This document shows, in pieces, positions 40,476 through 50,140 of a stretch of 64,000 nt of DNA. Origin of the DNA: Acidobacteriota bacterium (GTDB lineage: Bacteria; Acidobacteriota; Terriglobia; Versatilivoradales; Versatilivoraceae); NCBI GenBank assembly GCA_003224725.1, contig QHZQ01000014.1, forward strand, positions 26,830 to 90,829, written 5' to 3'. Made by a program: the position numbers and the translations under genes. A model generated the notes under the pieces. The model was not told the DNA's origin and ran no database searches. It was given only the letters and a program-made list of their open reading frames with translations. Each line of letters starts with the position of its first letter. Position 1 is the first letter of the stretch.

Positions 40476-42629
40476 TCATTGCCACGCAATCTCATTCACC
40501 CCTTTAATCTTCTTGATCGAATTCACGGCTCTTTCCAGGTGTTTCAGGTCCGAGATTTCAATCGTAACGTGAATCATTCCCTGATGATCCTCGAAGGACT
40601 GGGCTTCAATGTTCTTGATGTTAGTCTTAATATCCGAAATGGTTGAGGTAATCTCAGCTAACATCCCCTGGCGGTCATCTACAGAAATGGAGAGCTTTAC
40701 CGCATACGAGTCTTCACCTCCACCGGTCCACTGAACATCGATCTTACGGTCTGCTTCATAAAGCAGAGTCCCCACATTGGCACAACGCTTGGCGTGAACA
40801 GCCACTCCTTTGCCGCGGGTAATGTACCCCACTATGTCCTCCCCGCGAATGGGATTACAGCACTTTGCCCGATACACCAGCAGATCATCAATCCCCTTTA
40901 CCTGGATCGTGGCATCCGAAGAAATTCCAAATACTTTCTTCATTGCGGAAGTGAATTTGGTAATTCTTTCGTCCGGGACTTCCTTAAGGTCTTCTTGAGG
41001 GAGGATCTTCCCGAGCAACACCCGGGCTGAAATCTTACCGAATCCCAGGCCCGAATAGACATCCTCCAGTTTGGTACACCCATATTCTGGAGCGGCCTTG
41101 AGAAGCTGCCCTTCTTCTACTAGTTTTTTCAGATTAACCTTGAATTTTCTAGCTTCCTTCTCCAAAATTTTTTTCCCAATCTCTATGGAACGTTCCCTTT
41201 GGCTAACGTTAATAAAATGCCTGATTTTATTTCGGGCACGAGAGGTTCTGACAAAGGAAAGCCAGTCTCGGCTGGGTGTATGTCCTAACTGAGTTTGAAT
41301 CTCGACGATGTCACCATTCTTGAGCTTGGATTTTAGCGGAACGATTCTTCCATTTATCTTGGCTCCGACGCAGGTATGTCCTACCTCGGTGTGGATGGAA
41401 TAGGCGAAATCGACGGTCGTTGCATCGCGAGGCAGGATGATTACCTTGCCCTTGGGTGTAAAGGCATAGACCTCTTCTGGATATAGATCGATTTTTAACG
41501 TACTTAAGAAGTCGCTCGGATCCTGCATTTCCTGCTGCCATTCCACCAAATGGCGCAACCAGAGAAAACGTTGATCGTCATTCTCATCCAATTCCTTACC
41601 CGTTTTGTATTTCCAATGAGCGGCAATGCCCTCTTCGGCCAGACGATGCATCTCGGTGGTGCGGATCTGAACCTCGAAGGGTTGACCCTGTGGTCCGATG
41701 ACTGAGGTGTGAAGCGATTGATACATATTGGGTCGAGGAATAGCTATGAAGTCCTTTATTCTTCCCGGGACCGGCCTCCAAAGATTATGAATGATTCCCA
41801 GTGCGCCGTAGCAGTCTTTTACCGTCCCGGTAATTATTCGAACGGCCATAAGATCGTACACTTGCTCGATGGGAATCTTTTGTTTTTTGATTTTTTGGTA
41901 AACGCTATAAATTCTCTTGATTCTTGACTCAACCGTGCAAGGAATCTCTTGTTCTTGCAGTTTTTGGCTGATAATTTCCTTAACGTCCTCCAAAAACTCT
42001 TCTTTAACCTTCCTCTTGCTTTCAATACCCTTTTCAATTTCCTGGTATGCTTCGGGCTCCAAGTAGCTAAAAGCCAGGTCCTCCAACTCGCCACGAATTT
42101 TCCCCATCCCCAGCCGATGGGCGATTGGAGCATAAACCTCCATGGTCTCTTGAGCAATTCGGAGCCGCTTTTCCGAGGGCAGATATTGCAACGTCCTCAT
42201 GTTATGGAGACGGTCGGCTAACTTTACCAAAACGACCCGGATATCATCCACCATGGCTAGGAACATCTTCCGAAAATTCTCGGCCTGCTGTTCTTCCTTA
42301 GAGTCAAATTGAAACTGGCTGATCTTTGTAAGCCCATTGACAATCTGACCAATATCGTTTCCGAAATATTCCTTAATCTTTTCAATCGGGGTTAATGTAT
42401 CCTCTACAACATCGTGGAGAAGTCCTACACTGACGCAGGCGGCATCTAATTTCATTTCTGCCAGAATCTTCGCTACTGCCAAAGGATGGTTCAAATAGGG
42501 CTCTCCAGATTTGCGCAGCTGGCCTCGGTGCTCTTTAGCTGAAAACGCATAAGCCTGCCGGATAACCTCAAGGTCGTCGTTCGGATGGTACTTTTCCACC
42601 GTGGCCAGAATGTTTTCGAGTGCCAGCAT
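40476..42629 (-). CDS. spoT: bifunctional (p)ppGpp synthetase/hydrolase (RelA/SpoT homologue)
   Basis: HD hydrolase (HPLAVAKIL..LLHDVVEDT), synthetase domain, TGS and ACT C-terminal domains; 717 aa. Confidence 0.95.
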   Translation of the reverse strand: MLALENILATVEKYHPNDDLEVIRQAYAFSAKEHRGQLRKSGEPYLNHPLAVAKILAEMKLDAACVSVGLLHDVVEDTLTPIEKIKEYFGNDIGQIVNGLTKISQFQFDSKEEQQAENFRKMFLAMVDDIRVVLVKLADRLHNMRTLQYLPSEKRLRIAQETMEVYAPIAHRLGMGKIRGELEDLAFSYLEPEAYQEIEKGIESKRKVKEEFLEDVKEIISQKLQEQEIPCTVESRIKRIYSVYQKIKKQKIPIEQVYDLMAVRIITGTVKDCYGALGIIHNLWRPVPGRIKDFIAIPRPNMYQSLHTSVIGPQGQPFEVQIRTTEMHRLAEEGIAAHWKYKTGKELDENDDQRFLWLRHLVEWQQEMQDPSDFLSTLKIDLYPEEVYAFTPKGKVIILPRDATTVDFAYSIHTEVGHTCVGAKINGRIVPLKSKLKNGDIVEIQTQLGHTPSRDWLSFVRTSRARNKIRHFINVSQRERSIEIGKKILEKEARKFKVNLKKLVEEGQLLKAAPEYGCTKLEDVYSGLGFGKISARVLLGKILPQEDLKEVPDERITKFTSAMKKVFGISSDATIQVKGIDDLLVYRAKCCNPIRGEDIVGYITRGKGVAVHAKRCANVGTLLYEADRKIDVQWTGGGEDSYAVKLSISVDDRQGMLAEITSTISDIKTNIKNIEAQSFEDHQGMIHVTIEISDLKHLERAVNSIKKIKGVNEIAWQ

Positions 42630-42676
42630 ATTTGATATATTAATGGAAAGTGGTTTGCTTGCGCAACAAGCCCATC

Positions 42677-42713
42677 AAATAAAAAAGCCTCTTGAGAGGT
42701 TGTCTCAAGAGGC
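42677..42713 (-). terminator. rho-independent terminator (minus strand) between TPR-lipoprotein gene and relA/spoT
   Basis: Perfect 11-bp stem GCCTCTTGAGA-ggttg-TCTCAAGAGGC, followed on the minus strand by TTTTTTATTT. Confidence 0.6.
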
Positions 42714-42735
42714 TCTTAATGGATATAAGCCGGGT

Positions 42736-43611
42736 CTACTTGGAGGAATCTATGCCCCCCTTGGTTTCAGCTTTCGACTCCACTTGCCTTTTGATCGCCA
42801 TCGCCTTATCGAAACTCTCGTCTGCCTTCTTGAGATATTCTTCGTACTCAGCAAACCGTCCAGGCACATTTTTCTTAACCAAGGGATCCAAAGATTTCGG
42901 ATCTAGAGCTGCCATGGTAAACTGATCTTTGAGTTTTGGATTTTTTTCCACAAGCTCATCGATAATGACTTGGGCTTTCTGTCTGTAAAGCAGGTTCACA
43001 TAAAAATAAGCATTGTAATAATTAGGATCTACTGCAACTGCCTTACTGAGGTATTTTAACCCTTCTTCAACCAGTTCTGCCTTTCGTGCCGCCGGTATCG
43101 GATTCTGTCTATCGTAGCATACCATCCAGTTCACCAGGCCTGTGCTGTAATACGGTTCGGGATTATTGGGTTCCAGTTCCGCCGTTTTCATGTAATACTC
43201 TTTGGCCTTTTCGAGCTGCTTCATTTGAAAATAGATTCCAGCAATTCCCTTAACTGAGCCAAGGTTCCTGGGATCTTTTTGCAGCACGACTTCGAAGGCA
43301 TTAATGGCATCCTGCCCTATCTTCCTGTTTTCTTCGGATTCTCCTCCAGGCACATATTGAGCGGCGTAGGCAGTTGCTAAGTAAAGATGAGCGTTCAACA
43401 GATCCGGATCCAGACCAACAGCCGACTTAAAGTGCTCCACGGCCGTTTCGTATTTGGCGTCCTTAAAAGATCGAACTCCTTTGTTTAGCTCGTCGCGGGC
43501 CCTTAATTTGGTACACCCCTCCACAGCAAAGATAGCAAGCAACGCCAGAATTCCTGCCATCAACTTAGATCTGAACTTCATCGAGTTCCTCCAAGGACCA
43601 GAATCACGCAA
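42736..43611 (-). CDS. TPR-repeat lipoprotein (last gene of TonB-ExbBD cluster)
   Basis: Signal peptide with ..AIFAVEGC lipobox-like cysteine, then TPR units; 291 aa. Confidence 0.7.
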   Translation of the reverse strand: MRDSGPWRNSMKFRSKLMAGILALLAIFAVEGCTKLRARDELNKGVRSFKDAKYETAVEHFKSAVGLDPDLLNAHLYLATAYAAQYVPGGESEENRKIGQDAINAFEVVLQKDPRNLGSVKGIAGIYFQMKQLEKAKEYYMKTAELEPNNPEPYYSTGLVNWMVCYDRQNPIPAARKAELVEEGLKYLSKAVAVDPNYYNAYFYVNLLYRQKAQVIIDELVEKNPKLKDQFTMAALDPKSLDPLVKKNVPGRFAEYEEYLKKADESFDKAMAIKRQVESKAETKGGIDSSK

Positions 43612-43800
43612 GGTCGAGTTAATTGCCAGTTAAAGAGGCCTCTCTGGGATCTCACACAGAAGGCAAACCGACGATAGAAAATGGTTCTACAAATCTCCTG
43701 GCCCACATTCACTTTCGTGTGCTTTTATATGACGCCATGTCACATTCAAAAAAGAACTCCGCGGCACAACTCTTTCTCGAAGCGGTTGGCATCCCAGCGA

Positions 43801-44229
43801 TCACTTTCCAGCTTGGATTTTCTCCGTGATCAGGCCAATCTTGTCTACCCCTGCGCCCCTTGCGATATCGATGACATCGGCTACGTCATTGAATTGCAAC
43901 TCCGTATCCCCTTGAACGAACATGGTCCTTTCGTTCCGAGTTTTGAAAATTTCCGTGAGCCGATCGAAAAGAAGCCTCTTATCCACAGCTTCCTGGTTAA
44001 TTTTAATAGCCCTATCTCTATCGATTGAGACCACAATAGTTCGATTCAAAGTTTCCGGATCCGGCGGCGGGGCACCAGGTGGCGGAGGTTGGGGAATCTG
44101 TGCATCCAATCCCCTTTGAATTGGCGGGTTGATCACCATGAAGATAATAATCAGAACGAGGAGGACATCGATCAAAGGGGTCACATTAATATCTGCCTTT
44201 GGACCTCCGCCTCCAACGGCTATTGCCAT
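43801..44229 (-). CDS. exbD: biopolymer transport protein ExbD/TolR (paralog with Pro-rich periplasmic insertion)
   Basis: ..INVTPLIDVLLVLIIIFMV.. ExbD TM motif; PQPPPPGAPPPDP insertion. Confidence 0.85.
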   Translation of the reverse strand: MAIAVGGGGPKADINVTPLIDVLLVLIIIFMVINPPIQRGLDAQIPQPPPPGAPPPDPETLNRTIVVSIDRDRAIKINQEAVDKRLLFDRLTEIFKTRNERTMFVQGDTELQFNDVADVIDIARGAGVDKIGLITEKIQAGK

Positions 44230-44254
44230 AACAAGACCTCCAGTTTCAGGTTTG

Positions 44255-44698
44255 CTATTGAGCAGAACGCTCTTCTAGCTTCGCGGTCAATAAACCCAGG
44301 GCATCCACACCCGAGGCTCGCACAATGTCTACGACATCCACCACTTCGCCATACTTAGCTCGCCGATCGCTCCTAATGTAAACCGTTTTGTCTACCTTGG
44401 CCGCCAGCATATCTTTCACTTTCTCTGAGAGCTTGTCTTTCGCTGGGATCAGCTCATCACGTAAGAAAATCTTGCCATCGCGGGTTACGGCCACAATAAT
44501 CGCGTCATCTCGATCGGCCTCTTTCATTTCACGCGGATTCTTGGTCCTGGCAAGATCGACGCTCACCCCCTTCTGCAAGAGAGGGGTGACCACCATAAAG
44601 ATGATGAGCAGCACCAGCATGATGTCCACCATGGGTGTCACGTTGATGTCGGCGATGGCTTTCCCGGCAGCGGTTTCACCTCCGTTTGACATTGCCAT
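44255..44698 (-). CDS. exbD: biopolymer transport protein ExbD/TolR
   Basis: ..INVTPMVDIMLVLLIIFMV.. ; 147 aa. Confidence 0.85.
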   Translation of the reverse strand: MAMSNGGETAAGKAIADINVTPMVDIMLVLLIIFMVVTPLLQKGVSVDLARTKNPREMKEADRDDAIIVAVTRDGKIFLRDELIPAKDKLSEKVKDMLAAKVDKTVYIRSDRRAKYGEVVDVVDIVRASGVDALGLLTAKLEERSAQ

Positions 44699-45420
44699 TA
44701 TTTTCTACTCCCTCTCCGTTTCAGGAAATAATCAATTAGCTCTGACGAAGAATTATTCATTTCCACGCCGAAGGACTCAATTTTGCTGTTGAAGTAGTTG
44801 TACATCCAAACAGCCGGAACCGCCACAAACAGCCCGAAGGCCGTGGTGATCAAAGCTTCTGAAATACCACCCGCCACAGCCGAGAGACCGGCCGACTTTT
44901 CCGTGGACATTCCTTGAAACGCGTTAATGATCCCGACTACCGTTCCAAACAAGCCCACAAAAGGAGCCGTACTTCCAATCGTGGCCAATCCACTGATACC
45001 TCGCTTCAATTCAGCATTAGTGATGGCGGTAGCGCGCTCTAAGGCTCGCTTGGAGGCTTCAACGACTTCCCCGGGAATTTCGGTACTGGCCTGATGCGCT
45101 TGAAACTCCTGCAGACCTGCAACGACTACTTTGGCTAAATGGCTTTTCCTATTCTGTTCAGAAACATTGATGGCCTCATCAATCTTGCCCTCTTTCAAGC
45201 ATCCAGCCACCAAAGGAGCGAATTCGCGAGATTGCTTTCGGGCTGCCGAATAAGCCAACAATCGATCAATCATCACTCCAATGGACCAAGCGGACATGAT
45301 CGCAAGAATGATGATAACGGTTTTGGCAGCCGGGCCAGACTGGGCCCACATCGACCGGATGTCAAACCCCACTTCACCTTGTAACAGCGTGACGAGAAGT
45401 AAGTTCAAATTAAACAACAT
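44698..45420 (-). CDS. exbB: MotA/TolQ/ExbB proton channel protein
   Basis: Three TM helices, ..LATIGSTAPFVGLFGTVVGIINAF.. signature. Start placed at MLFNLNLL (45420), which is preceded by a GGAGG RBS; the ORF is open to 45582. Confidence 0.85.
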   Translation of the reverse strand: MLFNLNLLLVTLLQGEVGFDIRSMWAQSGPAAKTVIIILAIMSAWSIGVMIDRLLAYSAARKQSREFAPLVAGCLKEGKIDEAINVSEQNRKSHLAKVVVAGLQEFQAHQASTEIPGEVVEASKRALERATAITNAELKRGISGLATIGSTAPFVGLFGTVVGIINAFQGMSTEKSAGLSAVAGGISEALITTAFGLFVAVPAVWMYNYFNSKIESFGVEMNNSSSELIDYFLKRRGSRK

Positions 45421-45574
45421 AATGAAAAAATCCTCCTCTTTGTTGATTTTAACCAACTGGACTTTGGTTTTTGGTTTGTTTTCGGGGCGACTTGGATTGC
45501 CGAGTCGATTTGCCTGGCGACAGGGGCAGCTTTTGGGAAGCACCCCGCACACCTGAACTAATGCATCACCAATA

Positions 45575-46333
45575 TCAACCACTCAAATTGAAATTCACTG
45601 TCACGGTGGTTACCACTTCCACTGGCTCTCCGTTCAGCAACGTCGGCTTGTATTTCCATTGCTTCACAGCATCCAGGGCCGCCTGAATCAGCAAAGGATG
45701 TCCGCTGATGACCCGCAAGTTTTCGACGGAGCCTTGCTTGCTGATAACGGCTTCAAGAACTACAGTGCCTTGAATGCGAGCCTGCTTGGCCAAAGGCGGG
45801 TAAGGAGGCTTCACTTGACGGATCAAGTTGGCTTGCTGAACATTTCCCCCCACTCGAACCCGCTGTGGGGGCTTCGGGGTCGGTGGTGGGGGCGGAGGAG
45901 GTGCCACAGAAGATGGAGCTCCTCCCAAAACTCCACCCAGGACGCCCCCGATCTGTCCGCCAGGGACGCCGCCAGGAACACCGCCTACAACACCACCCAC
46001 CTGGGCCTCCGGAGGCGGCCCTTCATCTACGATTTGAGTCACGGTCTTGGGAATTTCCACCGGAGCGCGGAAGGTGCCGTCGTCCACTACTCTTTTCACA
46101 ACCTTTTGGGTTACAGCCGGCGGTGGGGGGGGCGGTGGCGGCGGTGGCGGCGGTGGCGGGGCCATCAAGGACGTGAGTTGCTGCATGGAGCCAGACAGGG
46201 TCTCAGGAAACAACAGTGGAATGATGATCAAAACCACTATCAAGACGACGTGAATAATGATCGACAGGGTAATGGTTAACGGCTTCTTGGTCCTATCCTC
46301 TTCGTCGCCTGATTCAAGGAGATGGTCGAACAT
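45575..46333 (-). CDS. tonB: energy transducer TonB
   Basis: N-terminal TM anchor, long poly-Pro (PPPPPPPPPPPPPPAV) spacer, C-terminal TonB domain (..PPYPPLAKQARIQGTVVLEAVI..). Confidence 0.8.
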   Translation of the reverse strand: MFDHLLESGDEEDRTKKPLTITLSIIIHVVLIVVLIIIPLLFPETLSGSMQQLTSLMAPPPPPPPPPPPPPPAVTQKVVKRVVDDGTFRAPVEIPKTVTQIVDEGPPPEAQVGGVVGGVPGGVPGGQIGGVLGGVLGGAPSSVAPPPPPPPTPKPPQRVRVGGNVQQANLIRQVKPPYPPLAKQARIQGTVVLEAVISKQGSVENLRVISGHPLLIQAALDAVKQWKYKPTLLNGEPVEVVTTVTVNFNLSG

Positions 46334-46508
46334 TTTCTTGGACCTCCCTTCTATGGGTGTTCTCGGAAATTTCTACTTTGCATTTTTTCTGTTGCTCAGG
46401 TGAATTTTGATTACTTTGATTTGGCAATCCCGAAAGAAAACAAGCTTATTTGTTTATGCAGAAATTTAACACAAAACCGTTTCCAAAGCTATAGGAACAA
46501 CAAAATTT

Positions 46509-47708
46509 TTAGGCCCTGGCCAATGCCTTCTTTCTGTTCCGATAGTCGTTCCAAATCACCAGTAAAGGACTGGCAATCGCAATGGAAGAGTAAGTACCGA
46601 TAATAATACCAATTACCATGGCAAAGGCAAATCCATTAATGACCTCGCCGCCAAACAGGTAAAGGGATACCACGGTAACGAAGGTCAACCCCGAGGTCAA
46701 AATCGTTCGGCTCAGCGTCTGATTGATGCTCTTATTAATAACCGATGTTAATGGCTCTCTGCGCAAGAGCTTCAGGTTTTCACGAATTCTGTCAAAGACC
46801 ACAATCGTGTCATTCATTGAGTATCCAACCAGGGTTAAGAGAGCGGCTATCACCGTGAGAGAAATCTCCTTATTCAGGAAGGAGAAAAAACCCAACGTGA
46901 TGATGACATCATGGAACACAGCCACAACGGCAGCCGTTCCATAAACAGTTCCTTTAAATCTCCAGGCGATATAAATCAGCATACCCCCCAGCGCATACAG
47001 CGTCGCCGAGACGGCCTGCTGCTGGAGGTTCTTGCCTACTTTTGCACCGACGATTTCGGTGCTGATCACGGCAAAATCACCTAGGTAGAACTTCTCTTTG
47101 ATTAAATTCAAAATCTCATCCGAAATGCCCGGGATAGCTTTGAGCTCGTCAAAGCTGTTTATTAGCCCTCCGTGGGCTGTCCGATACTGGATGATGGAAC
47201 TGGCAAGATCCTGAATGCTTTTTAGTTGCGACGGTCCACTTTTCGGCAGAGCCGCGGCCAGACCGGGCTGCCCGGCCAGGGGATCTTCGAGAGAAGAAGC
47301 CGTCCTGATATTGTTCAAATCCAACTTCCCGGCCTGGGCTTCCGGGGGGCGAAAACTCAGATTCAAGGTCTCTTCAATAGTCCTTCGGCCTAAGTCTAGT
47401 TCCCCTGCAGTCTCGGTGGCCGTTTGCTCTAGGCTGATAATTACCTGGTGATCGCTTTCGGGACCAAAGCGTTGGATGGTACTTTCGCCCAATCCCTTCT
47501 GCTTCAGGGCGCCGCGAATCAAGTCAAGTTGAGGGGCGGTTCGAAACTTAACATAAACTAGAGTCCCACCGCGAAAGTCAATTCCATATCGGGGCCCGCC
47601 TTTGATAGCCAAACAAACGATGCTGGCAATAAAAAGCAGAAAAGACGCCCCGATAAACTGCCACTTCTTTCCAATCCAATCGACATTAACATTCTTGAAT
47701 AACTGCAT
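46509..47708 (-). CDS. secF: protein translocase subunit SecF (with extended periplasmic domain)
   Basis: ..YGIDFRGGT.. N-terminal motif; C-terminal six-TM SecF core ..GYSMNDTIVVFDRIREN..; 399 aa. Confidence 0.9.
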   Translation of the reverse strand: MQLFKNVNVDWIGKKWQFIGASFLLFIASIVCLAIKGGPRYGIDFRGGTLVYVKFRTAPQLDLIRGALKQKGLGESTIQRFGPESDHQVIISLEQTATETAGELDLGRRTIEETLNLSFRPPEAQAGKLDLNNIRTASSLEDPLAGQPGLAAALPKSGPSQLKSIQDLASSIIQYRTAHGGLINSFDELKAIPGISDEILNLIKEKFYLGDFAVISTEIVGAKVGKNLQQQAVSATLYALGGMLIYIAWRFKGTVYGTAAVVAVFHDVIITLGFFSFLNKEISLTVIAALLTLVGYSMNDTIVVFDRIRENLKLLRREPLTSVINKSINQTLSRTILTSGLTFVTVVSLYLFGGEVINGFAFAMVIGIIIGTYSSIAIASPLLVIWNDYRNRKKALARA

Positions 47709-47953
47709 TATAAATAAATCTCCTTAGGAGCAGGAGCGGGAATCAGGGCCGCAAGGCAGTACCATTGCCATTAGACACCTCTGAGTTGAAAAAGTTCCCG
47801 CCCGTCTTATTTTTCGGAGGCAGTCCAGGCCCTTGATATCCCCGCACATCGTGCTCGTCGTCGTCCTAACTCGTCCTCGAAAAGCCAACCACGACGACAA
47901 TTCCAGAGACGAGAACAAAATTCCCGTTCCGATCCACCTAACGGGCTAAGCGC

Positions 47954-49555
47954 CTAAATACTCAACTTTTCATGACGAGGCGAGCCACTCAATACATAAT
48001 CAAAGAGCACCTTGGACACAAAGACTGAAGTAAACAGGTTAGCCAGTAATCCCCAAAAAAGAACCACTGCAAATCCTTTTACTGGCCCGGTTCCAAAGAT
48101 AAAAAGAAACAATACCGAAACAACCGTGGTGACATGGGTGTCAATGATAGTAACGAAGGCCTTTGAAAAGCCTGTGTTGACCGCTGAAACCACATTTTTG
48201 CCGCTCCATAATTCTTCGCGAATGCGCTCGAAAATCAGGACATTCGAATCAACCGCCATACCGATCAACAATACAACCCCTGCTATTCCCGGCAACGTCA
48301 AGGTTGCCTGAATATAAGCCAACGAGGCAACGAGAATAATCAAATTCAAAATGAGAGCGACAATAGCGTTCAGCCCCGACAACTTGTAATAGAACAACAT
48401 AAACACGATGACCACCGACAATCCCACCACCGAAGCCAGGATGCCATGGCGGATGGAGTCGGCTCCAAGAGACGCCCCTACGGTTCGTTCTTCCAAATAA
48501 TTCATGCGCGCAGGCAGGGCGCCGGACCGCAAAACCAAAGCCAGGTCATTTGCCTCTTCAAGGGTAAAACTGCCGGTAATCTGTCCAGAGTCCGTAATAC
48601 GATTGTTGATACGTGGGGCAGACTTCACCTTTCCATCCAATATAATCGCCAAGGCCTTTCCAATGTTTTCTTCCGTGACTCTGCCAAACCGCGAGGCCCC
48701 ATCCACAGTAAGGTTGAAACTTACTGCGGGTTTCCCAAACTCGTCAGTTGTGGGACGAGCCGTTTTCAAATCTTTTCCGGTAATGGCTGCAACTTTACTA
48801 ACAAGGTACCACTCTTCTCCAGATTGGGAAGGATCGTTGAATCTTCTGACGGACTGCAACAACTCCTTTCCCTCGGGCACGGAACCAGCAAATTGGCGAA
48901 GCGCCGCGTCCCGCGAAGGGAAAGGACCGTAGCCTGGTTCCACAATTTTCAGTTCCAGCAGGGCTGTCGACTTAATGATGTCTTTAACCCGGGCCGGGTC
49001 ATCCACACCCGGCAGTTGAACCAGGATTTGATATTCACTGGCGATGCCATGCTCCTGGATTACGGGCTCTGTCACCCCCAACTGATCTACACGATTGCGA
49101 ATCGTTTGAATAGCCTGCTGCACGGAGCTTGCCCGAACCTGCTGTTCCACACTGGGCTTTAAGGTCAAGAGATAAGAATTAGGGACTTCTGGTAAATTGG
49201 CCCGATCCCAATACTGGAAGTTATCATCAATCAGGGAACGCACCTCCGAAGTCTTTTGGGGGTCGACTTCACGAATTTCGATACGTTTGAAGTCACGCTT
49301 GCGCACCTCCGAAAAGGAGATTTGCCGTGAACGTAATTCATCCTTGATCCTCTCAACTGCCTGGTCGGTCTCCATATTCACGGCGTCGTCCGTCACCACC
49401 TGCAAAATCATGTGGATTCCCCCTCTTAAGTCCAAACCCAAATGAATTCTTTCTTTCATATTGGCTAACTTTGGAGGAAATCCTGCGAATCCCGCAATGC
49501 AGGCTAGAGTCACGCCTACGATAAGTATTACTTTCCAGCGAAGATTCTTACGCAT
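47954..49555 (-). CDS. secD: protein translocase subunit SecD
   Basis: ..LGLDLRGGIHM.. ; ..GYSINDTIVVFDR-like C-terminal TM core (..MAVDSNVLIFERIREE..); 533 aa. Confidence 0.9.
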   Translation of the reverse strand: MRKNLRWKVILIVGVTLACIAGFAGFPPKLANMKERIHLGLDLRGGIHMILQVVTDDAVNMETDQAVERIKDELRSRQISFSEVRKRDFKRIEIREVDPQKTSEVRSLIDDNFQYWDRANLPEVPNSYLLTLKPSVEQQVRASSVQQAIQTIRNRVDQLGVTEPVIQEHGIASEYQILVQLPGVDDPARVKDIIKSTALLELKIVEPGYGPFPSRDAALRQFAGSVPEGKELLQSVRRFNDPSQSGEEWYLVSKVAAITGKDLKTARPTTDEFGKPAVSFNLTVDGASRFGRVTEENIGKALAIILDGKVKSAPRINNRITDSGQITGSFTLEEANDLALVLRSGALPARMNYLEERTVGASLGADSIRHGILASVVGLSVVIVFMLFYYKLSGLNAIVALILNLIILVASLAYIQATLTLPGIAGVVLLIGMAVDSNVLIFERIREELWSGKNVVSAVNTGFSKAFVTIIDTHVTTVVSVLFLFIFGTGPVKGFAVVLFWGLLANLFTSVFVSKVLFDYVLSGSPRHEKLSI

Positions 49556-49667
49556 GAATCCGAAACCTCATCTCAGAATTCCAAATCCATATTGGGTGCA
49601 TCCGTTTTCAATCAAAGTAAAGCAATGAAAATCAGTCCACTCCAGGAATGGGTATCATCGGGCTTTG

Positions 49668-49967
49668 CTAATCTTCCGTCTGCTTGGCGACGATCGCATT
49701 CTTGGATATTTCAATTTTAACCTGATCCGCCACCTTCAACTGAATCCGATCATCCTTAATCCCAGCCACCACCCCATAGATTCCCCCCGAGGTAATCACT
49801 TTGTCACCATTCTTCAAATTCCTTAACATGTCTTGCAGAGCCCTCTGTCGTTTCTTGTTGGGCATAAAAACGATGAAGTAAAAAATAAGCGCAATCGCAA
49901 TAAGGGGCAGAAATTGCAGAAAAGGACTCGCTTGCCCATTGGCTCCCAATAGCGCCAGGGGTGACAT
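49668..49967 (-). CDS. yajC: preprotein translocase subunit YajC
   Basis: Single TM followed by ..GDKVITSGGIYGVV..; 99 aa; sits between tgt and secD. Confidence 0.9.
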   Translation of the reverse strand: MSPLALLGANGQASPFLQFLPLIAIALIFYFIVFMPNKKRQRALQDMLRNLKNGDKVITSGGIYGVVAGIKDDRIQLKVADQVKIEISKNAIVAKQTED

Positions 49968-50140
49968 GAGGCCGGCCTCCGAAGTGGATTCAGTTTTCTA
50001 AATGTGAATTTGGAAGATCAGGGCAATAAATGGCCAGCTCCTGGCTCAAGGCAGCAGGGCTTCAGCAGTGAACCATACCGAGCTGGGTCTTGAGATTTGA
50101 TGCTAAGACCCCTAAAGACAGCAAAAAAGGGGCAGACCTT

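Noticed and set aside
45659-46279. Plus-strand ORFs (206, 103 and 68 aa) opposite tonB
   Set aside because: They are the Gly/Arg-rich antisense of the TonB poly-proline tract; no start context; spurious.
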